A stretch of 64,000 nt of DNA, taken from NCBI GenBank assembly GCA_964106915.2, contig OZ066915.1. One strand, 5' to 3'. The position numbers were made by a program, and so were the translations under genes. Below the pieces are notes generated by a model. That model searched no databases. It saw only the letters and a list, made by a program, of their open reading frames with translations, and had not been told where the DNA came from. This document shows positions 50,241-62,500 of this stretch, one piece after another. Position 1 is the stretch's first letter, and every line of letters starts with the position of its first letter. The DNA is from Podarcis gaigeae. Lineage: Eukaryota.

Positions 50241-51817
50241 TCATAAATTACCAAATTGGGTGATTTGGGCTCTTAAGGATTTTGTCATTATATGTTTGCT
50301 TTTTATTCTAAAGGGCCATGAAAACAAGAGCAAATAGCCTATGTCATCATGGCTTCTCCTTGCTAGGCTAAGTGTTTTAGAAAGCTTTCCTATACATTAG
50401 TACTTGGGTGGTTTTTTTGTTTGTTTGGGCACAAAACTCATTTTTCAGTCTGATGTCAGTTCAGGGTAAACTACAGAAGGACAAATATGTTATTTTTAAA
50501 GCCTTCAGGAACTAAGCATTCAGTTGGATGACTTCAGTTAATTTGGGAGAGAAAAGTACATTTTCTATTTTTATTCCTTCAAGTTTGCATGATATTTCTG
50601 AAGTCACAGAGGGAAAAGCCAGTGTTCTTATTCATGGAATCCTACAATGTTCTTTTAGTGACTGCTATTAATACTCTCTGTAATTCGTTTTCCCCCTCCC
50701 TTGCAGATAAGTTTGCATTAGAAGACCAGATTTGAGTTGGCACGGTAATAATGGGCCTATTCAGTTGTTAAGGGAAAAGAGCTTGTTATCAAGCGCTAAA
50801 CTGCTGCTAGAGCCTTTGATTTATTTGTTAATCTTTGGTAGTAAATACTTGTCCTAGTTCAGCAAAATGGTTATGAAGTAAATATGTTTCACATTTGGTC
50901 ATTTACAACCAGTAAATTGAAATTTAACCCAGTAGTATATGAATAATTTTATTATCTGTAATGTTGTGTGTGTGAGAGAGATTGTGCTTACTGGTACAGA
51001 GTACCATCACTTCTTTTTTTGGCTGCCCTTGGCAACCATTTTGTTCTGGCACCTGAGGCAATTTTATCAACATGAGTACCAGCACTTTATTTTTTATTTT
51101 CTACCATATAAATCACCATTTAACTGATATTTATCAAGACAATAGGAAGAGAAAACCATGCTGCGTTGTTAATTAATTTTGCCTGCTCTTTCATTTTCTA
51201 TTAAACTATAAAATACTTTCTCATATGTTTTTGAAGCAGCATTATTGATAGCGTGTTGAGGTCATATGAAAGCTTTTCTGAAATAATGAAGAATTGCAGT
51301 GACTTGTACCTTTATTTGCTTTACCAGAATTAAAATATGAGACCTAGCCTAGAAAAGAAAGGGGTGCATTATCATGGAAACTGGAAAGAAGACTGATGAT
51401 TCTAAAATAAGGAACAAGGGCAGGGCAGTTCTCAATACTGTTTTTTCTCTCAGAATATGCTTATGTGCACATTTTCCTCATTAGACTATTTCAATTTTAC
51501 TTGTTACAATAATCCTTTTAAATCCGTGTACATTTTTTCCTCTGCAGTGTAAGAAATATTGAAATTAATATGGATTCTATCATTTCACACATATTTGGCC
51601 TTGTGCAGTTGCAATTGCTTAACCATGGTTAGCTCCCTCTTCCACCTCAAGTGCTAATTTTCCTAACTCTTCCCAGCTATACTTTTTATACAATTCATTT
51701 CATTTCTGGCAGCCACATTCATTTCATTTTCCATTTGTTATGTCTTTTTCAACCATTCAGCCTGATAATGGAACTAAGACTGTTTTAGTGACTCTGGTAG
51801 ACAATATTTGTCTAGAA

Positions 51818-51955
51818 TAGTCTTCCCCAATCCAGTGGCCTCCAGATACTATTAGACGATAACTCCTATCATCCCTGATGATTGGCTGTGTTGGCTGGGG
51901 CTGAGGAGAGTTGCAGTCCAAAACATCTGGAAGATGCCAGGTTATTGAAGTCTTC
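51818..51955. mobile_element. Degenerate hAT palindromic MITE
   Basis: cctccagat..aactcctatcatccc / gagagttgcagtccaaaacatctggaag arms, similar to the 46083 family. Confidence 0.6.
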
Positions 51956-52981
51956 TCTGGATATTGGCAAGGGAAATATCCCTGTTGATTCCCTTGAACT
52001 GCTCAGTGACCTATATTTGAGAAAGTTACATTGAGAAGCATGACTCTAGGGACAACTGTTTTCACTCATGAAAAACTGTATCAAATAATGGACTGACTCT
52101 GAAATACGTTAGTAGTCCAAAGATATGCTGTATCATTGGTATATGAGGTCAAGAGCAAAGACATTTAAAGATCTTGCTTTGGAGGTAAGGTTAAAGTAAC
52201 TATCAAGTTCCAGATTGGTAAAGATGCCCAGGATATTAATATTAGTAAATACACAAGCAAGGTGTAGCTTGATGTGCTATTTATACCAAAGGTGAATTTA
52301 CCTTGCATTCATATAAGACATTTTTGTACTGGTTTTATTTGCCCTGTAGGGACAACAATTAACCTGAAGTATATAAATAAAATTAACAACACAAACTTTT
52401 AATCAAATGGCAGGGCCTTGATGTATAGGGAGGGGGAAACCTTTAAGAAAAAGGAAAGAGAAGTTGAATACAACAGATGGCTGTTTCTGACCATTGACTT
52501 AGTACAGTATTATAATTTAACAGGCTTTTCAATACAAAGGGGAGTTTAAAAAAAGTCAAAATAGAATGAGAATATTTCAGGGAAATCCATAAAAATGGCA
52601 AGAAAATAGAGGCCATAAAACTCTGTGATAAAAACTCATTGGATGGTAAAAAGCCAGGAAAATAAACAAGGGTTTTACTTGATGCCAAAAAGGCATTAAA
52701 GCAGGCACCTGGCAAGAGTCTCCTGGGAGAGAGTTCCTAATGATATAATCATTTAGTGAGTCGGTCAACTGTATCATTCTGCAAAGCAATGAGAAGAATT
52801 TTAACCACTCTCCTGCTTCCCCAGATGCCTGAACAGTAGCAGGAGCATAAAGATTACTAGAATACAAAGTAGTTGCATGTATAACTCTGCTTAGGTTACC
52901 GCTTGGTACATGGACAGCTGTAGTAGTCTCAGCATTCCTATGCTGAAATGGTAGTACATGGGTAGTGGTCAACCATTTAAA

Positions 52982-53115
52982 GAGGGTTGGGGAACTTGTG
53001 ACACCCTCTAGATGTTGCAGGATTAAAACTCCCATCCTCCCAGACCATTGGTCATTCTGACAGGAGTTGATTGGCAGCTACAGTCCAATGGCACCATTGG
53101 CTTCCTATCCTTGCC
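52982..53115. mobile_element. Degenerate hAT palindromic MITE
   Basis: ggggaacttgtg..ccctctagatgttg..aactcccatc left arm; right arm decayed. Confidence 0.55.
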
Positions 53116-53633
53116 CTAAAGCAATAAATCTACACAATATTTCTGACATGGGGTTGAGGCAATACATCACAAATTCTTTGAATACTTACATAATCATATC
53201 CCTCTGAGCAATTTGCAATAGCAAGGGCAGAGCTCTCTGGGGGAAGGAACAGCATTTTCCCAAATACAAAATTCTATACATTGAATATTTTGAATTGCAG
53301 CTCAGTTCTGCTCCTTTGAAGGAAAAAAATATTCGCCAAACAGGGTATACTAGTGCCCCCATGTTGCGGATGCAGGCTAAGTGTGCACTGTACAGAAATA
53401 ATTTACATGCATTGAGGATTCATGGCCACCAGGAACATACTTTCTGCACAGTGCATACTTTCCCCCACAATGTGGGGGCACTATTAAACCCTGCGGGAGG
53501 ATTGTTTAGAAAGTTTCCACTTCACCCATTTTTGTCCTTTATGCAAGGGACGCCACCACTTTCTAATAATAATACCTTTATTGTATACCCTCCCCCCCCC
53601 ACTCAATCTCATTGCACTTTGTGTGCTTGTCGC

Positions 53634-53830
53634 CAGTGGCGGAGCTTCATGCTCCGGCACCAGGGGGCAGAGATCAGTCAGCGGCAGGGCTGGCGTGTGT
53701 CCTGGGGGTGTGGCACGCTGCCTGTGGGGGCGTGGTGCCCTGCATGGGGGGGGCAGCCACGATGGCACCCCACCGGGATTGTGCTGCTGGGGGGGTGCGC
53801 TCCCCCCGCCCTCCTCTTCCTCCGCCAGTG
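53634..53830. mobile_element. hAT (Tip100-like) MITE, GC-rich
   Basis: TIR cagtggcggag / ctccgccagtg; TSD cttgtcgc / cttgttgc (one CpG-type transition). Confidence 0.85.
53654..53672 (+). promoter_or_regulatory. Candidate CTCF motif within a MITE
   Basis: GCACCAGGGGGCAG has one mismatch to the core CCACCAGGGGGCAG. Confidence 0.4.
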
Positions 53831-54150
53831 CTTGTTGCACAACACACCAACCCCAAAAGTCAGTTGCACTATATTATTTCTGCTGTAGTGGTTACAGTGG
53901 AATAATCACTAGCACAACAGAATCACAATACCACTCTGCACTTTAATTTGGTATACCCACTGCAGCAGCATATTTATGTACAGCATTCCATTAGTTCAAA
54001 TACCCTTATCCAGAAGTTGTAAGGTTGCAAGTTGAAAATACAATCATACATACCAGTAAATGTTGCAGGTCTTTGAAACATAGATAAGGAGTGCCACACT
54101 CTTTCAGTTGTTCCACCATGTCAAGCCTTTCAGTTTGCACAGTGGGATGA

Positions 54151-54387
54151 TCATAGAATTGTAGCGTTGGGAGTGACCCCCAAGGGTCATCTAGTCCAAC
54201 CCCCTGCAATGCAGGAACCTCAGCTAAAGCATCCATGACCAGCCAACCTCTGCTTAAAACCCTCCAAGGAAGGAGAGCCCACGATCTCCCCAGGGAGTCT
54301 GTCCTACTGTCAAACAGCTCTTACTGTCAGAAAGTCCTTTCTGATGTTTAGTCGGAATCTCCTTTCTTGTAACTTGAAGCCGTTGGT
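54151..54387 (-). mobile_element. CR1 LINE 3' end
   Basis: Minus-strand TNGFKLQERRFRLNIRKDFLTVRAV plus CR1 3' UTR ending ttctatga; tgatc at both junctions. Confidence 0.92.
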
Positions 54388-55073
54388 GATCTCCTCTCTC
54401 TTCTTCCCACACATTATTTTGGGGGTTCTCCAGAGCCCGCAGAGCCAATTTGGGGGGGGCTTGGAGTGCACAGGGGGAGGAGAGGGGGGAAAGCCCCATT
54501 GCATTAGCACGACTCATTGCACTGGCTCCCTCTAGAGCCCCTGCTCAGCTGCATCCAGCACATAGTGCTTTAAACACTATACACAATTATCTTGGTAATT
54601 CTTACAGCCCTGTAAAGTAGGTCAGTGTTATCATTCTTAGATTATAATGTGGGGTTAGATGAGTTTGGAAAAAAGAACATCTACTGTAAGCATGGGGGGC
54701 AGTGATGGCTGCATGCATTTTAAACTAATGCAAAGGCAAAGGATGTTGTAATAATTTAAAATTCAAATGTCACTCTGAATGCCATTACTTGAACGTGCTT
54801 CTAATCTTCATTTAATCTTTATTTTTACAATCTTGCCACCTTGTGGTGTGCTTTGGCAATGAAAGTTTGATTTAAATTCCTTTTTAAACTTGATGCATTT
54901 TATAATGCAATATGCAAATGACAGGAATAGTCCGTGGAACATACTGAGCAATCTGATTATGAAGAGTGTGATTTAGTTTTCTCTGTTCTGCCTTTAGCAT
55001 GTTGTATTTTGGGAGAAGTAAATAATTCTGTTAAATAAAATTTCCTAAAACAAAACAAAACAAAATAAAACAC

Positions 55074-55665
55074 TGTTGCGTGACCCTGATCTTCAAGCAG
55101 CGTGACTTTCCAGGAGTTCCATGCGTTTACCTAGGGACTGTATTTTCTTTTGGGAATGAGGCACAGCAGAGACCGTGGTGCCTTTATGATATATGGGTTA
55201 TTTACACATATATACAACCTGAGGCTACAATGCAGGTGTTCACAGCATCAACACCCCAAGAGGGTCTTGCTTCTCCACTGGCCTCCACTGGTCTTGGATT
55301 CAACCAGAAATCAACCACCATTCTCTGACCCCTCTGTCCAGCTTTTGCCTTTAACAGCCTGCAGCCTCACATCATGCCCAACCCCAAAACTCTAAATCAA
55401 ACTCTGACTTTGTCTTCTATCTCCAAGTTGGAGGAGGAGCCCCACCCATTTTCTGTCTGGCACAGAGTCTCCTCTCCTTGGCGTTCTTAATGGCTCATTA
55501 CCTTTTCTTTGTTGACTCGTCTTCCAGGCAATTACCTCATGAGGAAGCTGACCTGGCTTATATTTTAACAATTGCTGGATCCAGGGGTTCAGGAAGCTTG
55601 ATTAAATTCTAACACTTACTGGGTCCAGGAATTTAGAAGTGTCTTGTACCCACAAACTCATAACA
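55074..55665. mobile_element. Solo LTR, 592 bp
   Basis: TGTT...AACA termini; 4 bp TSD acac / atac; second family member at about 28200. Confidence 0.72.
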
Positions 55666-58018
55666 ATACTAAAACACTAAAAACTAGTAATAAAATGAAT
55701 CCTTTCTCCTTGTTGATGGGACCATGTTTATTTGAGGCCATTTTAAATCTATACTTTCCAGTGAATGTTTACTCCCTCCACCATATGCTCAAAAGAGGCA
55801 ACAACTGATCTATGGAAAATTGCAGTCTGGATGAACACACAACAGGGGCTTTGTTTCTATCTTGGGCTTCGTTCGCAACATGAATAACACAGTACCTTGG
55901 TATATGATGATGTCATTGCCATGCTCCAGGGCTTCTTATTTCAAACGTGAAATGAAATTCTTAGACTCACTGAGAATGAAGATTAGATCAATCAGGCTAG
56001 ACTAAGTAAACATAGAAAATAAAAATGCTAACTAAATGAATATGAATGAAAACCTTTCTGCAAACAATGGCAACCCAAGCACAGAAGTGTCCTGCCTGCT
56101 GTACTTTCTAAGAGCAGACTGAAGATAGGATAAGTCATTGTCGTCGCCCCTTTCCCCACTTCCATTTCTGATAGAAAGTAGACTCATCAGAGAGACTGTT
56201 GGACACTTTGATTAGAATGTGTCTGAGTATACAGCATCACACGGAAGAGCTTTGGGTGGGAGGAAAGTGGTGTTCTACCTCTTTTGTTGTTACCTTTGCT
56301 GTTGTATCATGCAATATGATATAAATTCCATTGTCTCTTGAGCATGGTGGAATCTGCTAATTGATGGAGAAAATAGACACTGATTAATGGGCAATTAGCA
56401 GCAGCCAAAAAATATTCACCCCAAAGCATCTGGAAGTTACACTCATCTGCAAGGGATGGAGGGGCCTGATTGAATTTTGGATTTTGCTGTGCTCAGACCT
56501 GTTAGATTAAGTGAGGATGCACCATTGGAACTACTACTGTTTGTACTTAAAATTTATTGCCAGCTATATGCTGGGTGCTGCTGCATAGAACATGGCACTG
56601 GCCCAGAGAGTATAACCCAGTACTGTTTTGTGCATTTGCTTCTGTTCCCCAGCAGTAGTTGCCCAATCAGTCAAACATATTTATTTTGATTTGGATTATT
56701 ATTATTTCTTAATTGCTGTTTGTTTTCTTAATCACTACTCAAGTTTTAACTGGTGCTGTTGAAATTTAAGGGGGCATTAACTGGATGCTGATGATTTCTC
56801 CTGAAATTTTATACACTGCTTTGAAGGGGCAATTACGCCTTTAAAAATGGCACACAAATCAGGAAATAAAACAATATTACACATCGTTTTAAGTCACAGT
56901 TTGTATTAAATAATGCTTTAAAGTGAATGAGCAATGTGTTGGGGGCAGGCTGCTCAAAAGTGGCTCGCTTCCTGTTACATGCTGCCCTTTGTTCTTGGCT
57001 TGCCATCATGGTTTGGTTAGGAGAGAAACAGTGACGGCCAGTGAGGCGGCATGGGGTAGGGCACTGTTGCACCACACTGCCTTGGAAAGCTATGAGTCCC
57101 CCACCTGTTCTGCCTCACCAGCTGCTAGTGGGGAAAAAACAAAGCATGATTACTGATTTGCTGCAATGGCATGCCAGCCTCTGGTTTGTTTCTTCTGCTG
57201 CTGGGGAAAGAAGGGAGCAGGGGTGAAGCAACTAATAAACATTTTAGCAGTGGCTACTTGCATGCCACACATTATTGAAGCATTGTGTGCAAACTGGGCC
57301 TATAATTCTTCACCTGTAAGATCATTCTATAATTCTATCAGATTTCTGAAAGAGAACCAGCAGGCTGAATATCCTATTGCTTGGGACAGGAGGAGTGTGA
57401 AATGCCCTATACTAACTTTGCAAGCAGCTTTGATGCTTCAGATATGAGATTGAAATGGACCTGAAACTGGAGCCAGTGAAATGGTGGCATCAAGTCAGAT
57501 GTTCTGCATCACTACCAGCAAAGAGGAAGAGGAGACTCAGCACTGTTATCTGATGGAAGACCCACATCTCCTATAACATCCAAAATGTTTAGGCTTTTTT
57601 TATGCTGTTTATGTCATGTGTAAATATTAATGCAAAACAATGTGGGAGTGAAATCAAATGCACATTCTAGATGATGGCATTACCATCTGGTGAGATTAAG
57701 CAAAAACTGATTTTTACATGTGAAATTCTTTTTTTTTTTAATAAGAGGGAAGGCTTAAATGTCTTAGGAAGCATACCTGCTATAAAAGCTCAGTGAGATT
57801 ATACAATGTTCAATGGGCAAGCCTGAACATTTTTTTGCATGTAAGGTATAACTGAGACATTAGGAGAACCCTTCATGAGCTTATATCTATAACCATACAT
57901 ATATTGTTAGAATCTGATATCGCAGTATTGTAGTCTGCTGCTATTCTCCTACTTCACTTGTGTCCTTTATAGCTTGTCATCTTGAATCTTTCTGTTGTGT
58001 TTTTTCCTCTCTCCCCAG

Positions 58019-58110
58019 TTGCGACATCAAGATTGATTAACCCTAGAAGAAGCTGGTGATGTGACTCCAGTTCCAGTTTATCAACTCATTTCTAAGGACA
58101 AATCAACACT
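58019..58110 (+). other. Candidate non-coding exon (92 nt)
   Basis: Strong acceptor tgtgttttttcctctctccccag| and donor |gtgagt; stop codons in all three frames. Splice signals are the only support. Confidence 0.25.
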
Positions 58111-58295
58111 GTGAGTTTTGTATGATGTTCTCAAAGCATTCTAAACAATCTTTAGCTTATCTATTAAGCTTAAATAATCAAGTTTCATTGCTAGCGAAAA
58201 GAAACCAGTCAGACAAATGAAAATGGTTGGTTCACTATAATCCTGAAAGTATTTGGGAGGAATGGAACACAGCAGTGTGGCAATTGTTCCATAAA

Positions 58296-58456
58296 CTTAG
58301 AATTGTAGAGTTGGAAGGGACTCTGAGAGTCATCTAGTCCAACCCCCTGCAATGCAGGAATCTCAGCTAAAGCATCCATGACAGATGGCCATCCAACCTC
58401 TGCTTAAAAACCTCCAAGGAAGGAGAGTTCGCAACCTCCCCAGGGAGACCGATTCA
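58296..58456 (-). mobile_element. CR1 LINE 3' end
   Basis: Highly similar to 54151-54300 (gtcatctagtccaaccccctgcaatgcagga). Confidence 0.9.
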
Positions 58457-58739
58457 CGAGCATTTCAGGTTGCCAAATGGAGTGGCCCACTTTATCTCAC
58501 CCTGTGTGCTCTTCTGGAGATTCTTCGGACCCCACCCCAAACCAATAAGGAGGCATATGGGGATAGGAGTGGGGAAAGCCCCTTTGTGCTAGTGGATGTC
58601 CTTGCATGTGTTTACACTAGTGGGACCTTTTGACTGAATCCTGCTAAGAAGCTCCCTCTTTCTGAGAATGCCATTCTGTTCTATATTATGACAAGACTGA
58701 CACTGTAGGGCTATATGGATATTCAGTTAGAAACAAATA

Positions 58740-58955
58740 GTGCCGTCCTATACATGTCTACTCAGAAGTAAGTCACTTGCCTTTCCTTGGCTTGTTCCTA
58801 GAAAAGTAGGTATAGGATTTTTTGCAGCTTAACAGCACATATTAACTTTCTTATAAATCACATTTAATTCAGTGAGGCTTACTCCCAGATCATGGGATTG
58901 CAGCAAGAAGGTTTCATTGAACTCAGTGGCACTTTTCAATATACATGCGCAGGAC
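58740..58955. repeat. Cluster of decayed copies of an ancient short hairpin-type repeat (actcagaagtaag..ggattgcagc)
   Basis: Similar units at about 10820-10880 and 7500-7560; unclassified. Confidence 0.4.
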
Positions 58956-61900
58956 CATGTTATAAAAGAAGCACATTTTAATACTTGATACTAGAATTGC
59001 ATTGATAGTGAATTATTCAAGGGAACATAAAATTAGTAGTTGATCTGTCTGCAGTATCCTTCATGGCAGGAATCATTTTCTGGTATTCTGATTGCACCCC
59101 CTTCCCGAACAGAAATTATTTGCATTACACAATCAAGCTCATTTTCAAAATATTTTGTATGTGCATTTGAGTCATTCATATAAGATGCAGAGATTATCTA
59201 AATGTTATTTTACATGGAAATGTGTATTGTGTTCTGGTGATGTACTGTTACTTTCCACAAAGTGAGCTAAATGACCACATTACCTGCAACTCTCAAACCA
59301 ACTCACAATGATTTAAATCATATTTCATTAGAGTAAGTGTATTACTTGAATTGCATGCCCTTAGCTATTAAAGTAAGAATATAGTCTTATTGACTGAAAT
59401 GACAGAGGATCCTCAAGAATTCAGGTTTTCAAAATGTGGGATAAGTAGGAGAGTTACTTACTGGGTATTACATTGACAGTGAACTCCCATGGATGACACA
59501 CAAGAATGGTAATTATTTCTCCATAGTCCTTATTGCAGAGGCACTTGAGGTTTAATATTTACTTGCATAGAGGACAGTATGATGCATTTTTATATCTCCC
59601 ATAAGTTCCTTTTAAATTCTATAGCTAGCAGCAGTTCCCAAATTTTATGTGTCTAGATAATGGCCTATATCTTATCAATTTAAAACAGGAGGCATTTTCA
59701 TACGGTCTGTGCCAACCATTTTATTATAATTATTAATTCAGTGCATCATAAGTATGGCCACTTACTCAATCATTCCTATTGCACTGCATTAATCAATTAA
59801 TATTACACTAATTTGTATTTTGGTGTGTGGTGTAAATTGAAGAGAGACAAAAATGTGATCTTTCAAATATCCTTAGTCATGCTTTAATGTGTTCTTGAAA
59901 GTGAGTTCTTGCTAATACTTAAGTAATCAGACATTTAAATGCCTGTCTTTGGAAGATTAAAACACACTGAAATCCTGATCCCATAGATCTTTGCAATAGT
60001 CACATACAGAGTTCATCCACACTTCTGGTTGAGCTCTGTACCATAAACTCTTGGTACAGGTCAGAGAGGTTTCTCTTTTGTCCCACCACTTTCCCTGGGA
60101 AAACCCGCTGTTTATGATGCTGGCTACGTTGAGTTACCAAAAACTCATGCACAAAAATTATTGCACTGTGAAATGATGTGTTTATTTTCCTTCTCTAGAC
60201 TTGCCTAATCTCTGCAATGCAAAATAAAATTAGATTTGCCAGATGTCTGTGCTTCACTCATATAGGACATTGTGTTATTTTTCAAATAGTAAAAAACTAA
60301 TGGGGCCAGCAACTGTTGCCAGAGTTTGCACCTTGCAGTAGGGCAGCCTATAATGCCAAGGGAAGGCTATGCCATGTCATCTCATTTCAATATTGGTAGA
60401 AGTCATCAAACTAAACATTCCTTAGCTATTAAAATATATGGATTACCACAATACAGCAGCACTTCCAGATTCCAGATTGTGTTCATGCCTGCATTTGTAT
60501 AGCCTGTTTTTCTTCCATCCCACATTGTTCATCTGATCTTTTTGACATGATTGCCATTTTCACACCACAGTTAGGTGTCACTTACTTTCTTTTTGAGCCT
60601 CATTGCTGTGGAACTGTTCACCTTGCTATTACTCTGAAAGCCTCAGGGAAACAGCAGCTTTCTTGTAGGAGATGTGTGATTCACAACAGAAAAGGCTTTT
60701 TCCTGTCAATCCATCTTGAGCTAGTACTGAAATGAAAACAAAATCAATGACACGCACCTTGGTATATGCGACTAACTACAACTCCCCACCCGTCACTGTC
60801 TATTAAAACCACGTTGGCTATGCATATAATTGCATCTATTGCAGAATGGAGTAATTGTTGGCTAGCTGCGATCATGTAATGTGACTTTGTGCAGGGCACT
60901 TACTTACGGTCTTAGGTTCCGAATATTGCAACTCATTTTAACTTGTTATTTTTTTCTAATTGCGGTAGTGTGATTGAGCATGCCTCTGTGACCCACCTGA
61001 AATTCAGTTGTGTTTGCATCTGAGAGATTGTCCCGCTTTTTACAAAGTACCATATGCCTCAGCTCTGTGGAGCTACATGGCAGGAGACAAGATGCATTCC
61101 TGCACCATAATTGCATAAGCCAGATGAGAGCTTCTGTCCTCAGTTGGGCTCCCAAGCATATTGGAGCAATCCTCATTTACTTTCTGCAGTAGTCCCACAG
61201 AACAACCCTTGCCCCCTAAGGCATCAACACTTTCACGACATGCATAAACCAGAGGAACAAGGCAAGCAGATGGAACCCCTACATATCTGTTCCACCCCCC
61301 TCCCAGGTCATTCTCAGCCATCCTGCTGCTTCCTGCGGGCTCCTGGACAACAGCACATCTTGTATAGTGGTGGAGTTAATGGGCTCATCTCTGCTGTTTC
61401 TGTCCACATGCCTTTCATCTCTCCCTTTGCCTTAATATCCCTGCCAAATAGAACGAATGCACTGCTCATCTTAGTATTTGCCTTCACATTTTGTGTTACA
61501 GAGAACAAATCACATCTAATAAGGTAGCAAGCTGGTAGAAGGCAGAGGCATCTCTCCCTATTCCATCCAGAGATGCTGCCCAAGGTGCTGCAGAAAGGAC
61601 AGAAATGGAGGTGGGGAGATTGTGCACACAAGTCAAAGCTTGTGAGCGAAGCCAAGGAAGTAGCTGCCTTAGTATTAAATGTGCACCTGCGTGTTGGCAA
61701 CTAATTTGTTTTTATTCTTATTATTACACTATGAAATTTCCTGAACCATAAAGAAGGAAGCGGTTCAGAACTACTTCCTTCTTTCTGTATTAATATATCA
61801 ATATAATAATAGTGTTATTCAGAGCCTCCTTTCACCTGTACTGTACACATGTTTGCCTTTTGCTCACCACGAGCCAAAGTCTGCAGTCCTTTATTTCATA

Positions 61901-62199
61901 AGATCTTATTAAAGCTTTTTCATAATACAATATAAGATCAAAGAAACAAGTCTAAGCAGAAACAAAATGGAACGAAAAAAAGAAAATATAGAGTCCTTTC
62001 TCAAATGTAGCTCTTAACCCTTGTCACACACAGAGAGTGGTGGATCCTCCCAGCTCTCACCTGGGAGCTTTCTTTTCTTCTCCCAGTCTCTCGCCCTGGG
62101 AGATCTTTGCTTCCCTGCTTTTCATTTAAGGTCCTTCTGCCAACCATCCACTACCTTCATGTGTGTGTCATCCATGGATCCTGGTAACAGACCAGAGGA

Positions 62200-62500
62200 T
62201 ACCAAATAAAAATTAAAGAAAATAGAAAGAAAAGAAAGAAGAAAAATAAATAGGACTTCCAATTTTCTGTCAGTTACATAAAGGAAATTAATAAAAACAT
62301 TCACTCTTGGATATTCTAACTTCTGTCAAGCAATATTTCCCCAGTTTTCAGACCAAAAATGTCTCAAATTCATTCCTTTTCCATTTCACACAAGAAGTCC
62401 AAAAGGGATTATTACCATTAATAAATGTCAGCAATGTTTTTTGTCTAATCAAACATATCAACTTTGCCTCCAATAACTTCAACAAACCATTCTTCCAATA
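62200..62500 (-). mobile_element. L1 ORF2 C-terminus and 3' UTR fragment
   Basis: Minus-strand frameshifted LEEWFVEV..AKLICLIRQKTLLTFI..DFLCEME resembles the squamate L1 C-terminus; ggaagtc UTR motif. Confidence 0.65.

Noticed and set aside
43803-50918. Exact 18-mer atttacaaccagtaaatt at 43803-43820 and 50901-50918, a small inverted repeat
   Set aside because: It is AT-rich, the homology extends only a few bases further, and one such match is plausible by chance in 64 kb.
53295-53946. 197 aa ORF and overlapping ORFs
   Set aside because: They span a GC-rich MITE that is poor in stop codons; no domain is recognisable.
28182-55665. A single 27 kb provirus bounded by the two related LTRs
   Set aside because: There is no internal retroviral coding sequence, the LTRs are strongly diverged, and the right one has its own TSD.
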